This document shows positions 1 through 8,529 of a stretch of 59,197 nucleotides of DNA, piece after piece (within the stretch, counting starts at the first letter, position 1; the number at the start of each line of letters is the position of its first letter). The DNA is taken from the sequence record DRR723986_1329, one strand, 5' to 3'. The notes under the pieces are model-generated. The model was not told the origin of the DNA and searched no databases. It worked only from the letters and a program-made list of their open reading frames with translations. A program made the translations under genes and the position numbers.

Positions 1-21
1 CACGCTAGCGTGTAGCCGCTA

Positions 22-717
22 ATGTACGCACTGTCATTTCCAACAATTGCTATAAAGCCAATGACCAAGAACGAAGCCCAATCATCTGCCGGCAATAAAA
101 AAGTCGGCCTCGTTCGACGAACCACTCGCCTGGTGAGCGTGTTTTGCTACTCGGTGTTGATCGGGGCCATCCTTATGAGTCCGATGTTGGTCATCGCCGG
201 CGCCGCTTACCTGGGTGGTCGTTACTTTGAACGTAAAGATTCAAAGCTAACCGCCGATGGTATTTCTACCACTGCGACCATCGTTGACGTCAGTTTTGAC
301 CATTTAGGTTCATTGCTACGCGGCGAAGCCGACAACGCGTTGAATCGGCGTGGAGCCCAACGCGACGACAATGACTATTGCAAAATTCACTATCAGTTCC
401 GAACTGAGGACGGTCGGAAGATCGAGGGCAGCATCTCACGCGTGTACGAATCGATTGAGACTGCCAAGTCACTCATTGGCGACGAATTTGAGGTTATCTA
501 CTCTGCAGACAATCCAAACGTATACGAAACAATGCTTGGCCACACGGAGAGCCAAGCTAGCGCAATGGAAATCATCGCGTTTGTCTTCCTGGGCTTGTGG
601 GCCGTAAGTGCCGCCGGATTCGGCGGTTGGATGACGTTAGATCTCACCAAACCCAAATCTCGGAAAAAGCGCATCAAAGAACTCGCAGAACAGCAAGCCC
701 GAAGGGTCTCGGCGTAA
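22..717 (+). CDS. Membrane protein with two hydrophobic segments around a soluble beta domain (DUF3592-like)
   Basis: 231-aa ORF: TM segment, then TTATIVDV...IHYQFRTEDG...FEVIYSADNP, then second TM segment. Start may be ATG 61. Confidence 0.65.
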   Translation: MYALSFPTIAIKPMTKNEAQSSAGNKKVGLVRRTTRLVSVFCYSVLIGAILMSPMLVIAGAAYLGGRYFERKDSKLTADGISTTATIVDVSFDHLGSLLRGEADNALNRRGAQRDDNDYCKIHYQFRTEDGRKIEGSISRVYESIETAKSLIGDEFEVIYSADNPNVYETMLGHTESQASAMEIIAFVFLGLWAVSAAGFGGWMTLDLTKPKSRKKRIKELAEQQARRVSA

Positions 718-735
718 AAACCATGTTGGCGGACA

Positions 736-1270
736 CTACGCATCAGAGGACGAGTTAACCTTCGGGCTATGGACAAGACAGTACACCGCAAAGATCACCA
801 GTCCAATGAGTAGAATCGGCCCACCGAAGATCACCGCCGTTATAGCAAGCAACATCAACTGGCCAGCATAGGCACGTTCGGAATGCGGTTTTTTGGGGGC
901 GATCTAATTCGGATTGCCCAGAGCCGCACCATTCGGGTCCGCCGAAAACTCAGCGGTGGTCAACGGACCAACCGAACTGTTATCGGAGCGATCAACGACG
1001 AAGAAGTATTCGACTGACGAGTCGGCGTAGACGTATGTGTCACCTGCGAACTCGTTACGAGGTTTCTGTCCGGCCGTTCGGAGGAAAGTGTGGGTTGGCG
1101 AAACGACGTGGCCGATAATCGGTCCAGATCTGCCACCGGGATCAGGTAGGTAGATGAATGAGCTGTTGGGATCGACGAGACCAATATCAAAGCTGTTGCA
1201 GCGAGCAATCTCGTCTCCCGGAGCAATGGTCAGGCTGTAGTTGCTCCAACCGCTCGCGAGTACAGCCTGG
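736..1270 (-). pseudogene. Disrupted exported/membrane-anchored protein gene (in-frame TAG at 904-906; 5' end overlapped by REP array)
   Basis: The ORF 904..1323 frame continues past the TAG for 55 codons (IAPKKPHSERAYAGQLMLLAITAVIFGGPILLIGLVIFAVYCLVHSPKVNSSSDA) to a stop at 736-738, giving a TM segment. The listed start lies within the repeat array. Confidence 0.6.
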
Positions 1271-1510
1271 GACCCGCACACGGAGGAGTGTGCCTGCTTA
1301 GATTCATCGGGGTGACGGCACACAGAGTGTGCCTGCTACCATTTGTCGAACTGACGGCACACAGAGTGTGTGCCTGCTACTGTTCGTCGGCCTGACCGCA
1401 CACCGAGTGTGCCTGCTAAGATTCATAGACGTAACGGCACACGGAGTGTGCCTACTACTATTTATCGGCCTGACGGCACACGGAGTGTGCCTGCTACTAT
1501 TGGTCGGCTT
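1271..1510. repeat. Tandem array of 6 REP-like palindromic units, ~39-nt period
   Basis: Units start at 1271, 1314, 1353, 1394, 1433 and 1472. Core GACGGCACAC(G/A)GAGTGTGCCTGCTAC forms a GGCACAC/GTGTGCC hairpin; its reverse complement begins with GTAG. Confidence 0.9.
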
Positions 1511-1524
1511 GATACCGGACGTAG

Positions 1525-1569
1525 AAAAAACAAAGGACTTAGAGCGATGTTCGCTCTAAGTCCTTTGTT
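1525..1569 (-). terminator. Hairpin terminator downstream of tRNA-Leu
   Basis: Perfect 19-bp inverted repeat AACAAAGGACTTAGAGCGA-TGT-TCGCTCTAAGTCCTTTGTT followed by a T run on the minus strand. Confidence 0.75.
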
Positions 1570-1578
1570 AGTTGAGAG

Positions 1579-1660
1579 TAGGGCTGACAGGAATCGAACC
1601 TGCACTCCTCTCGGAACTAGAACCTAAATCTAGCGCGTCTGCCAATTCCGCCACAGCCCC
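1579..1660 (-). tRNA. tRNA-Leu (anticodon TAG)
   Basis: GGGGCTG/CAGCCCT acceptor stem, D loop GGAATTGGCAGAC, anticodon arm CTAGA-TTTAGGT-TCTAG, long variable arm, GGTTCGATTCC T loop. No encoded CCA. Confidence 0.95.
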
Positions 1661-1827
1661 GTTTTCATCTGCTGACATTTGATCGTCTCAGCAGCGTTTG
1701 ATCTATTAGTCTTTTCCAAGACTTTCTCTGCTCGCCATGAACGCGGTAGTTCAAGCGACAATGTTAGTTCAGACCATTGATCCACTGAAAGGTTCAGTGT
1801 CTCGTCAAAACCGTTGTCCTCTGCGCC

Positions 1828-2346
1828 CTAGGCGGCTGTTGGAACAACCCAAACCTTCAGATCGCATTCGATTTCCTGGTGCAAATGCACCTTGACGGTG
1901 TACAAGCCAAGCTCCTTGAGCGGGCCTTGTAGCCGAACTTGATCTTCGGTCACAGTGATCTGGTTGGCCTTCAAAGCGGCAACGATCTCAGGAGCACCGA
2001 CACTACCGTAGAGGTGGCCTTCGTCGTTTGCGTTCGCTTCGATTGTGATCGACTGCGCCGCAATCGTATCTGCCAGCTTGGACAGACCACTCAGACGAGA
2101 ACGTTCGATTTCCTTCAGCTTCGCCTTGTGCTTCTCGACCATCCGCTTGTGATGCTCGTTTGCGACGATTGCCAAGCCTTGCGGCAGCAAGAAATTATTG
2201 GCGTGCCCAGCCTTAACTTCTACAACTTCACCCTGCTTGCCAACATTGTCGACGTTTTGGATCAGCAGCAGTTCGATACCGCCGGTAGAACCCTTGGGAA
2301 GTCGCTTGAATTGCTGGCGTCGAGCGCGAATCTTTGCAGCAACCAT
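1828..2346 (-). CDS. rplI: 50S ribosomal protein L9
   Basis: VGKQGEVVEVKAGHANNFLLPQGLA and LYGSV motifs; ~22-aa basic N-terminal extension. Confidence 0.96.
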   Translation of the reverse strand: MVAAKIRARRQQFKRLPKGSTGGIELLLIQNVDNVGKQGEVVEVKAGHANNFLLPQGLAIVANEHHKRMVEKHKAKLKEIERSRLSGLSKLADTIAAQSITIEANANDEGHLYGSVGAPEIVAALKANQITVTEDQVRLQGPLKELGLYTVKVHLHQEIECDLKVWVVPTAA

Positions 2347-2416
2347 TTTCGTGTCCGATTCGAATAATTCTAAGTGTTAATCGTATATGACTCGAACGCC
2401 AACGGCGAAGTGTCAA

Positions 2417-2890
2417 TTAAAAAGGGATATCGTCACCAGCAATGCTGGGCGACGGCCCTGAATCGTTTGCTTGCGGTCCGGGTGACGAGCCACCTTGTGC
2501 TCCATCGCCCGAACTTTGTCCCGAATAACCACCTCCGGAGGAGCCAGATGACCGACCGCCATCTCTTCCACCGAGAAGTTGCATCCTATCGCAGACGACA
2601 CGAAGCTTGTAGTTCTTCTGGCCGTCCTTTTCCCATGTATCCAGTTTTAGGCGTCCCTCGACGAATACCGGCGAGCCTTTGCTGAGGTATTCCGCAGCGA
2701 CTTCGGCGGTTCGCCCCCAGAATGTCACATCGACAAAGGTTGTCTCGTCGATCCAATCGCCATTCTGGTTCTTTCGGCGGTCATTCACCGCCATCCCAAC
2801 TTCTGTGACTGGTGTGCCACCGGGAGTGTAACGCAATTGAATATCACGCGTCACATTTCCCATCAATATGACTCGATTGTAACTTGCCAC
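2417..2890 (-). CDS. ssb: Single-stranded DNA-binding protein
   Basis: [12 protein letters not shown]...YTPGG OB fold, Gly-rich tail, C-terminal DDIPF. GTG start at 2890 preceded by AAGGAG. Confidence 0.96.
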   Translation of the reverse strand: MASYNRVILMGNVTRDIQLRYTPGGTPVTEVGMAVNDRRKNQNGDWIDETTFVDVTFWGRTAEVAAEYLSKGSPVFVEGRLKLDTWEKDGQKNYKLRVVCDRMQLLGGRDGGRSSGSSGGGYSGQSSGDGAQGGSSPGPQANDSGPSPSIAGDDIPF

Positions 2891-3031
2891 AATCTGCTCC
2901 TTTCGACGCGTTGCGCCCATCCAAGATGTTCAGTGGTCGCTCTACTGAGCAGTCACCAGCGAACTCCGGACGATCATGATGGATAGCCTATCGTGGAATC
3001 TGAGTCCTTTCGCAATTCCGTAAACCGACAA

Positions 3032-3409
3032 CTACTCAGCTTCAGCAGCTACCGCTTCCTCTTCTTCCTCGGCAGTGTTGGTGCCAAGTGTGTGAGCAAC
3101 CAATGCATCCTTCAGGCGAGGATCCACTTTCGTTACCAAGAAACGCATGATGCTTTCGTTCAATTGGCAGATGCGATTGAACTGCGACAGCTTGGTACCG
3201 TCAAAGTTGAAGTAGGTGATCCAGTACGTCCCCTTGTTGTGGCCGTTGATTGGATACGCCAACTTGCGTTCTTCCCACAATCGACTCGCAAGAATCTCTC
3301 CACCAAGGTCCTCGATTGCCTTCTGTGCCTCACCAGCAACACCGCCTGGATCGCGGTTGTATTTGTTGCTGTCAAACAGAAAGAAACATTCGTAGCACTG
3401 ATTAGCCAA
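3032..3409 (-). CDS. rpsF: 30S ribosomal protein S6
   Basis: YECFFL...WEERKLAYPING...GTY motifs; upstream of ssb. Confidence 0.93.
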   Translation of the reverse strand: MANQCYECFFLFDSNKYNRDPGGVAGEAQKAIEDLGGEILASRLWEERKLAYPINGHNKGTYWITYFNFDGTKLSQFNRICQLNESIMRFLVTKVDPRLKDALVAHTLGTNTAEEEEEAVAAEAE

Positions 3410-3512
3410 TGAAATACTCCCGTCGTCCGATTTGAATCGCTGTGTGTATCTTGCTTGCTGCGAGCACGTTGTCCGACGATTCGCCGGCTAGATGCCCCAA
3501 GCCTGTTTTGTG

Positions 3513-4088
3513 TCAATTGTAAACGTTCATGCAGTGGGTCAGATCATGGTCGATCCAATCCCTGGCTGCTTTGGCTGCGGTCTGGACAGCGTCTTCAACT
3601 ACCGGCTTTTCGTCGCCTGAAAACTTGCCCAAAACGTATCCCGCCGTATCCCAGCCTGGCGGAGTTGCACCAATCCCAATTCTCAACCTTGGGATTTCTT
3701 GTGTTCCGAGCACTCGCAAAATGTGAGCCAGCCCCTTCTGTCCGCCAGCAGACCCCTTGGACCGCAAGCGAAGCTTACCAGTTGGCAAACTCAAATCGTC
3801 ACAAACAACAAGGACATCCTCAGTCGCTGCAACTTTGAAAAAGTCGACCATCTGTTTCAAACTCCGACCACTTTCGTTCATGAACGTCAGTGGCCAAAGC
3901 AAAATCACGGATCGGCCGGCTATTTCGTATCTTACAAATTGCCCTTCAAACTTACTTCGCGGTGTCGATTCCCCCAGTTGCCGATGCAACACATTGAGAA
4001 CATCAAAACCAACGTTGTGTCTTGTTCCGTCGTACTTTCGCCCCGGATTACCAAGGCCAACGATCACCTTGATCGGGTTATCCGTCAT
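3513..4088 (-). CDS. pth: Peptidyl-tRNA hydrolase
   Basis: IVGLGNPGRKYDGTRHNVGF, TFMNESG, GSAGGQKG, RLRIGIG. Confidence 0.96.
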   Translation of the reverse strand: MTDNPIKVIVGLGNPGRKYDGTRHNVGFDVLNVLHRQLGESTPRSKFEGQFVRYEIAGRSVILLWPLTFMNESGRSLKQMVDFFKVAATEDVLVVCDDLSLPTGKLRLRSKGSAGGQKGLAHILRVLGTQEIPRLRIGIGATPPGWDTAGYVLGKFSGDEKPVVEDAVQTAAKAARDWIDHDLTHCMNVYN

Positions 4089-4102
4089 GGCAGGAGACCG
4101 AC

Positions 4103-4729
4103 CTATTCGCCTTCTTCCTCACCCTTGCCCTTGCTGATGACTTCTGGTTCTGCACCAGTCTCATCTGCATCTTCTTCAGCGGCCGCACCACTTGGGGCTG
4201 CAACTTGAACGACAACTTCCGATTCAGGTGTCACCAACTCAGCGCCATCGGGCAGGGTGATGTCGGAAGCGTGGATTGAGTCACCAACGTTTAGAGCCGA
4301 AACGTTGACTTCGATTTGTTCTGGAACGGCGTTGGCTGGGCAAAGGATAACCAGCTCGTGAACGCCAACGGAAACCAATCCGCCCGCATTTGCACCAGGA
4401 GCTTCGCCGTGCAATTCTACCGGCAAGGTCACTTCGACCTTCTCTGATTTGGAAACACGAGTCAGGTCAACGTGAATCACGTCGATTCCGAATGCGTCCC
4501 ACTGAACTTCACGAACCAGAGCAGTGTCTTTCACATCACCTTGCAGGCTAACGATCTTCGTTCCGTGCTTGATAAGGTTGGTGACTTCCGAAGCACTGAC
4601 ACTCAGATTGACGTTATCTTCGCCGTGCCCATACAAGTTCGCGGGAATCAGGCCTTCAGCACGTAGTTTTCGGCACGCGAGGGATCCCAAAGCATCCCGC
4701 TTGTTGACCTGTAGAGTTTCACTGCTCAT
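4103..4729 (-). CDS. rplY: 50S ribosomal protein L25/Ctc
   Basis: RKLRAEGLIPANLYGHG, HVDL, C-terminal PEVISKGK; adjacent to pth. Confidence 0.95.
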   Translation of the reverse strand: MSSETLQVNKRDALGSLACRKLRAEGLIPANLYGHGEDNVNLSVSASEVTNLIKHGTKIVSLQGDVKDTALVREVQWDAFGIDVIHVDLTRVSKSEKVEVTLPVELHGEAPGANAGGLVSVGVHELVILCPANAVPEQIEVNVSALNVGDSIHASDITLPDGAELVTPESEVVVQVAAPSGAAAEEDADETGAEPEVISKGKGEEEGE

Positions 4730-5346
4730 TGTTTTCCAACGTCTTCTACTGTTCGTTGACTTCGACTCGTTATGCCCGGCCTGACATTCGCAGACCGCAA
4801 CCGATCTTATTCGGATCAGCCCATCGGGCTGTGTTTCGCAATAGCTTCTATATTCATCTTCTCTTTTTACCCTTCTGCGAATGGATTCAAACCATTCTGC
4901 TGCTTGACCGCGTATCGAGGCCTGAGCAAGCTGCGGGGGCGGTACGGACCGATCTCCCGAGCGGGAAAACGGGCAAGTATCTCAAAACGATCATTTCTTT
5001 CAAGAGCAACCTATCGGAAAGATCGCTTCCGGTGAAAAAAGTGCCCTTGAGCCACTCCGGTAGGCCTCTGATTTCGCAGAGCAGGGCAGGGAGCCAAGTA
5101 CTTCGGGCCGATTTCGAGCGACAAAGCCCTAATTGATCTTGGGCGCGGCCCGACTGCTCTTTATGAATTCATCTCCGACTGGGAATGCGTCTGCTAACTG
5201 GCAAGGTTGCTACCGGTGAGTGGGGCTAAAGATGCTTTGCTGCTTGCCGATTCCACTAGGCTCAAGTACGCTTGGCGACCAATTCGCAAATCCCAGTTCA
5301 ATCAAACAACCGAAGTCGCCCGAATCCCACCGAGCTAACGAATCGA

Positions 5347-5673
5347 ATGGCCAAGAAGAAACCCGCACTTCAGTATATTGAACCAATTGGCGGACGTGTC
5401 CTCGTCCTCAAAGATGAACCGAAGCGTGAAACCAAAGGCGGGATTGCTCTTCCCGACGCTGCCGAAATCCCAACGATTACCGGCCGAATCGTCACCATCT
5501 CCCGCCAAGTTCACCACGACGTTGAGATCCCGCTTCGCAATTACGACAAAGTTCTGTTCCACCCCAAGAACGCCATTCCAGTCGACTTCGAGTCCGACAA
5601 TCAGCTCTTCGTTGTCCCAGTTGAAGATATCGTTGCAGTGTTCCGGAAAGACAAACCCGAGGACTTCGATTAG
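5347..5673 (+). CDS. GroES/Cpn10-family co-chaperonin (stand-alone paralogue)
   Basis: IEPIGGRVLV...ETKGGIALPD...DIVAV. ATG 5347 chosen as start; no groEL in window. Confidence 0.85.
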   Translation: MAKKKPALQYIEPIGGRVLVLKDEPKRETKGGIALPDAAEIPTITGRIVTISRQVHHDVEIPLRNYDKVLFHPKNAIPVDFESDNQLFVVPVEDIVAVFRKDKPEDFD

Positions 5674-5805
5674 CCGAACGCTAGTTGATGGCCAGCTAGC
5701 TGAGGATTCGCGCGGTGGCGAACGATGGAAAGACAGGGATTCACGGCGGGGAGCGCCGTGCTACTCACTGAGTCGGTCGTGTTGCGGGGCAGCTCGCCGA
5801 TGGCG

Positions 5806-6762
5806 CTACTTGTCCTGCGGACCAAACATCTCACTGATGGATTTGTGATGGTGGATGCGTTTGATCGCTTCGGCAAGTAGATTGGCCACCGAGACAACTT
5901 GGATGCTATCGAGCTTCTTTTCAGGCGGAAGCGGAAGTGTATTCGTCACACAAAGCGACTTGATGGGCGCCTTACTGATCCGCTCAATCGCCTCGCCGCA
6001 TAGGACACCGTGAGTTGCAGCGATGTGAATCTCCTTCGCACCCGACTTGTGGACCAGCTCGGCTGCGCCGCATATCGAGCCCGCCGTGCTGATCATGTCG
6101 TCGAACATCAAGCAAATCTTGCCTTCGACCGGGCCTCCAATAATGTTCTCTTGCTTCGTTTCTAACGCGTTCGCTCGACGCTTATCAACGATCGCCAACC
6201 GTCCACCAAGGCGTTTTGAGTGGCCGATGGCCCGCTTAATACTTCCTTCGTCAGGACTGACGACAACAATATCTTCCGGCGGATGCCCCATCTGTTCAAA
6301 GTACTTGTTCAGCACAGGCGCTGCATACAGGTGATCAACGGGCACATCAAAAAAGCCCTGAATCTGCGGCGCGTGAAGATCCATGGTAAGAACGCGGTCC
6401 GCGCCGGCGCGAGTCACCATGTTGGCAACCAATTTGGCCGTGATCGGAACCCGCCCTTCGTCTTTGCGATCCTGCCTGGCATAGCCAAAGTAGGGAATCA
6501 CAGCCGTAACTCGAGCGGCACTGGCTCTCTTGCAACTGTCGATCATGATCAACAGTTCCATAAGATTGTCATTCACCGGAGGGCAGGTAGGCTGCAAAAG
6601 GAACACGTCGCGGCCACGAACATCTTCATTGATTTTGCAATAGTTCTCACCGTCGGGAAACTTGCCTAACGTCAACGCCCCAAGGTCGAGGTGGAGGGAG
6701 CGACAGATTTCCTGCGCCAGTTCAATATTGGCTTGGCCACTGAGGATCTTGAGTTCACGCAT
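5806..6762 (-). CDS. prs: Ribose-phosphate pyrophosphokinase
   Basis: FPDGE, PYFGYARQDRK, DLHAPQIQGFF, DDMISTAGS. Confidence 0.97.
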   Translation of the reverse strand: MRELKILSGQANIELAQEICRSLHLDLGALTLGKFPDGENYCKINEDVRGRDVFLLQPTCPPVNDNLMELLIMIDSCKRASAARVTAVIPYFGYARQDRKDEGRVPITAKLVANMVTRAGADRVLTMDLHAPQIQGFFDVPVDHLYAAPVLNKYFEQMGHPPEDIVVVSPDEGSIKRAIGHSKRLGGRLAIVDKRRANALETKQENIIGGPVEGKICLMFDDMISTAGSICGAAELVHKSGAKEIHIAATHGVLCGEAIERISKAPIKSLCVTNTLPLPPEKKLDSIQVVSVANLLAEAIKRIHHHKSISEMFGPQDK

Positions 6763-6866
6763 ATTTTCTGGTGCTTCCGAATGTTACCGTTGACGTTCGC
6801 CGACCAATAGAGTGCTCGATGGGGTTACTCACCGCAGCGACAAGGAGTGACTGATGCGGACTTCGC

Positions 6867-7619
6867 TCAGGCCGTAGGGTAGCCCATATTACGCATTTCC
6901 TCTTCAACAAGTGCCAACTCGTCCGGAGTGTTGATGCTCAGCGACTCACAGTCGGTCAACACGCAAGCAGCATCAACGTTCTTGCCTTGCTTCAGCAGAA
7001 TTTCAGGGCAATCGGTCAAGTAGTACTCCCCCTGAGCGTTGTCACTGCTCAACTGGGTGAGTGCCCACAGCAGATCCTCGCAGTTGAACAAATAAGTGCT
7101 CATGTTGACTTCGCAGATCGCCTGCTCCGTCTCAGTTGCATCTTTCTGCTCAACGATGCGTTCGAACTTTCCATCATCTGAGCGAACGATCCGCCCAAGA
7201 CCAGTAGGATCGTCCTTCTTCAGCGTTCCTAACAGGCAGGCATAGTTGCCCGCTTTGTACGCTTCCAATAGCCGCTCGAGCGATTGCGGCTGAATCATCG
7301 GCGAGTCACCGGCGACCACCAAAACGGGCCCGTCGTGTCCGGTGAGTTGATCACGGCAAACTTGCACCGCGTGTCCCGTTCCAAGCTGCTCTGCTTGAAT
7401 TGCAAAGGAAACACCGCTCCGGTCGGCCAGCTCCGCTTTTACGTCGTCGGCACGATACCCAACGACGCAGACCTTTTTCTCAAAGCCAGCCGTTTCGAGT
7501 GCGTCCAGGACCCAATGCAACATGGGCCGCCCAAGTGCTGGAAAAAGCACCTTTGGCAAGTCACTTTTCATTCGAGTTCCGCGCCCGGCAGCCAAAATCA
7601 CAGCAAGAGGTGCAGTCAT
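6867..7619 (-). CDS. glmU: GlmU-type N-acetylglucosamine-1-phosphate uridyltransferase (nucleotidyltransferase domain only)
   Basis: VILAAGRGTRMKSDLPKVL, QLGTGHAV, NAQGEYYLTD. No C-terminal hexapeptide acetyltransferase domain. Start taken at ATG 7619. Confidence 0.85.
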   Translation of the reverse strand: MTAPLAVILAAGRGTRMKSDLPKVLFPALGRPMLHWVLDALETAGFEKKVCVVGYRADDVKAELADRSGVSFAIQAEQLGTGHAVQVCRDQLTGHDGPVLVVAGDSPMIQPQSLERLLEAYKAGNYACLLGTLKKDDPTGLGRIVRSDDGKFERIVEQKDATETEQAICEVNMSTYLFNCEDLLWALTQLSSDNAQGEYYLTDCPEILLKQGKNVDAACVLTDCESLSINTPDELALVEEEMRNMGYPTA

Positions 7620-8006
7620 GAGCGGTGTGTCCGTTTCGCAATAAAGAGCTGATAATGAGATCGTGAAAAGATGAGATGCAGTTGGAACGAGGTATCTTCG
7701 CAAACGCCCGCAGAAAACGGAAGTAGATGCCCGAAACGTACTTCGGGCGCTCTGGTCGCCAGCTCGCACGGCCTCGCTCTGTTCCCGCGACCAGCCACGC
7801 TTGCCCCCAATCGCGAAAATTGGCGCTGTGGCTTGTCTCGCCCGAGAAGCCCCGCAAGGCAAACTGCGTTGACCAAGTTGCCGAGTCGCATTAAGGTATG
7901 CTGCTTCGAATCGACTAGCTTATGGCCGATCGGCAGGCTTTTTTACTTTGCCGCCGGATCGGACACGAAATACTTTCCAACTTTACAGGTCATCAGGGTA
8001 TTACTC

Positions 8007-8189
8007 ATGCCAGGTTCAGAGCGCAGACGAGAGCTACGACGTCGACGTCACCGCAAGAAGCAAGTCGCCAAACTAGTTAAGAAGGCCGAAACGGCCGATA
8101 CAGCGACTAAGGCAGTAATCGCCACCAAGCTGCGAAAGCTAACTCCGGGTGGGGAAGTCATCATCGCCGCTCACGGCATTGAAGGCTAG
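8007..8189 (+). CDS. Small basic protein (DUF6800-like)
   Basis: MPGSERRRELRRRRHRKKQVAKL...KLRKLTPG, 60 aa; resembles a conserved small PVC-group protein (recognised from memory). Confidence 0.7.
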   Translation: MPGSERRRELRRRRHRKKQVAKLVKKAETADTATKAVIATKLRKLTPGGEVIIAAHGIEG

Positions 8190-8529
8190 CAAGACTGAAG
8201 GCTGGCAACATCGTAGGCAAGTATTCGGTCTGCATTGCCGGACCGACTGCTTTTCATCGCCTAACGCCTAAGTTGGCTCGCTTCGGTTTTCATCGCTGCA
8301 GGGCATCCACTCGCAATGTGGGGCTACCCAGCTAATTGCTTAGCCATCTCCGTCGAGCTGACTCAAGCCGACATTCTGCCCAAAGCACCGGCTCTTCGTT
8401 GGCGGATTCACTCCGGCTAGCAACCAGACTGGCCGGTTTCGATTGAGCTGCCGAGCTTTTGCAACTCAACGGCACCATCGCCGTGGACTCGGTATTGCCA
8501 CGCAATCCACATCGCAGTTGCTGAGCGGA

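Noticed and set aside
904..906. Stop-codon reassignment (TAG readthrough as a genetic code feature)
   Set aside because: Many conserved genes here (rplI, prs, dnaB, tig, clpP, queA) end at TAG at their expected C termini.
1271..1510. CRISPR array
   Set aside because: Linkers are only ~13 nt and resemble each other, the repeats are degenerate, no cas genes are in the window, and the same unit recurs as an inverted pair at 45.2 kb.
1329..1627. ORFs 1329..1559 and 1370..1627
   Set aside because: They are translations of the repeat array and overlap the terminator/tRNA.
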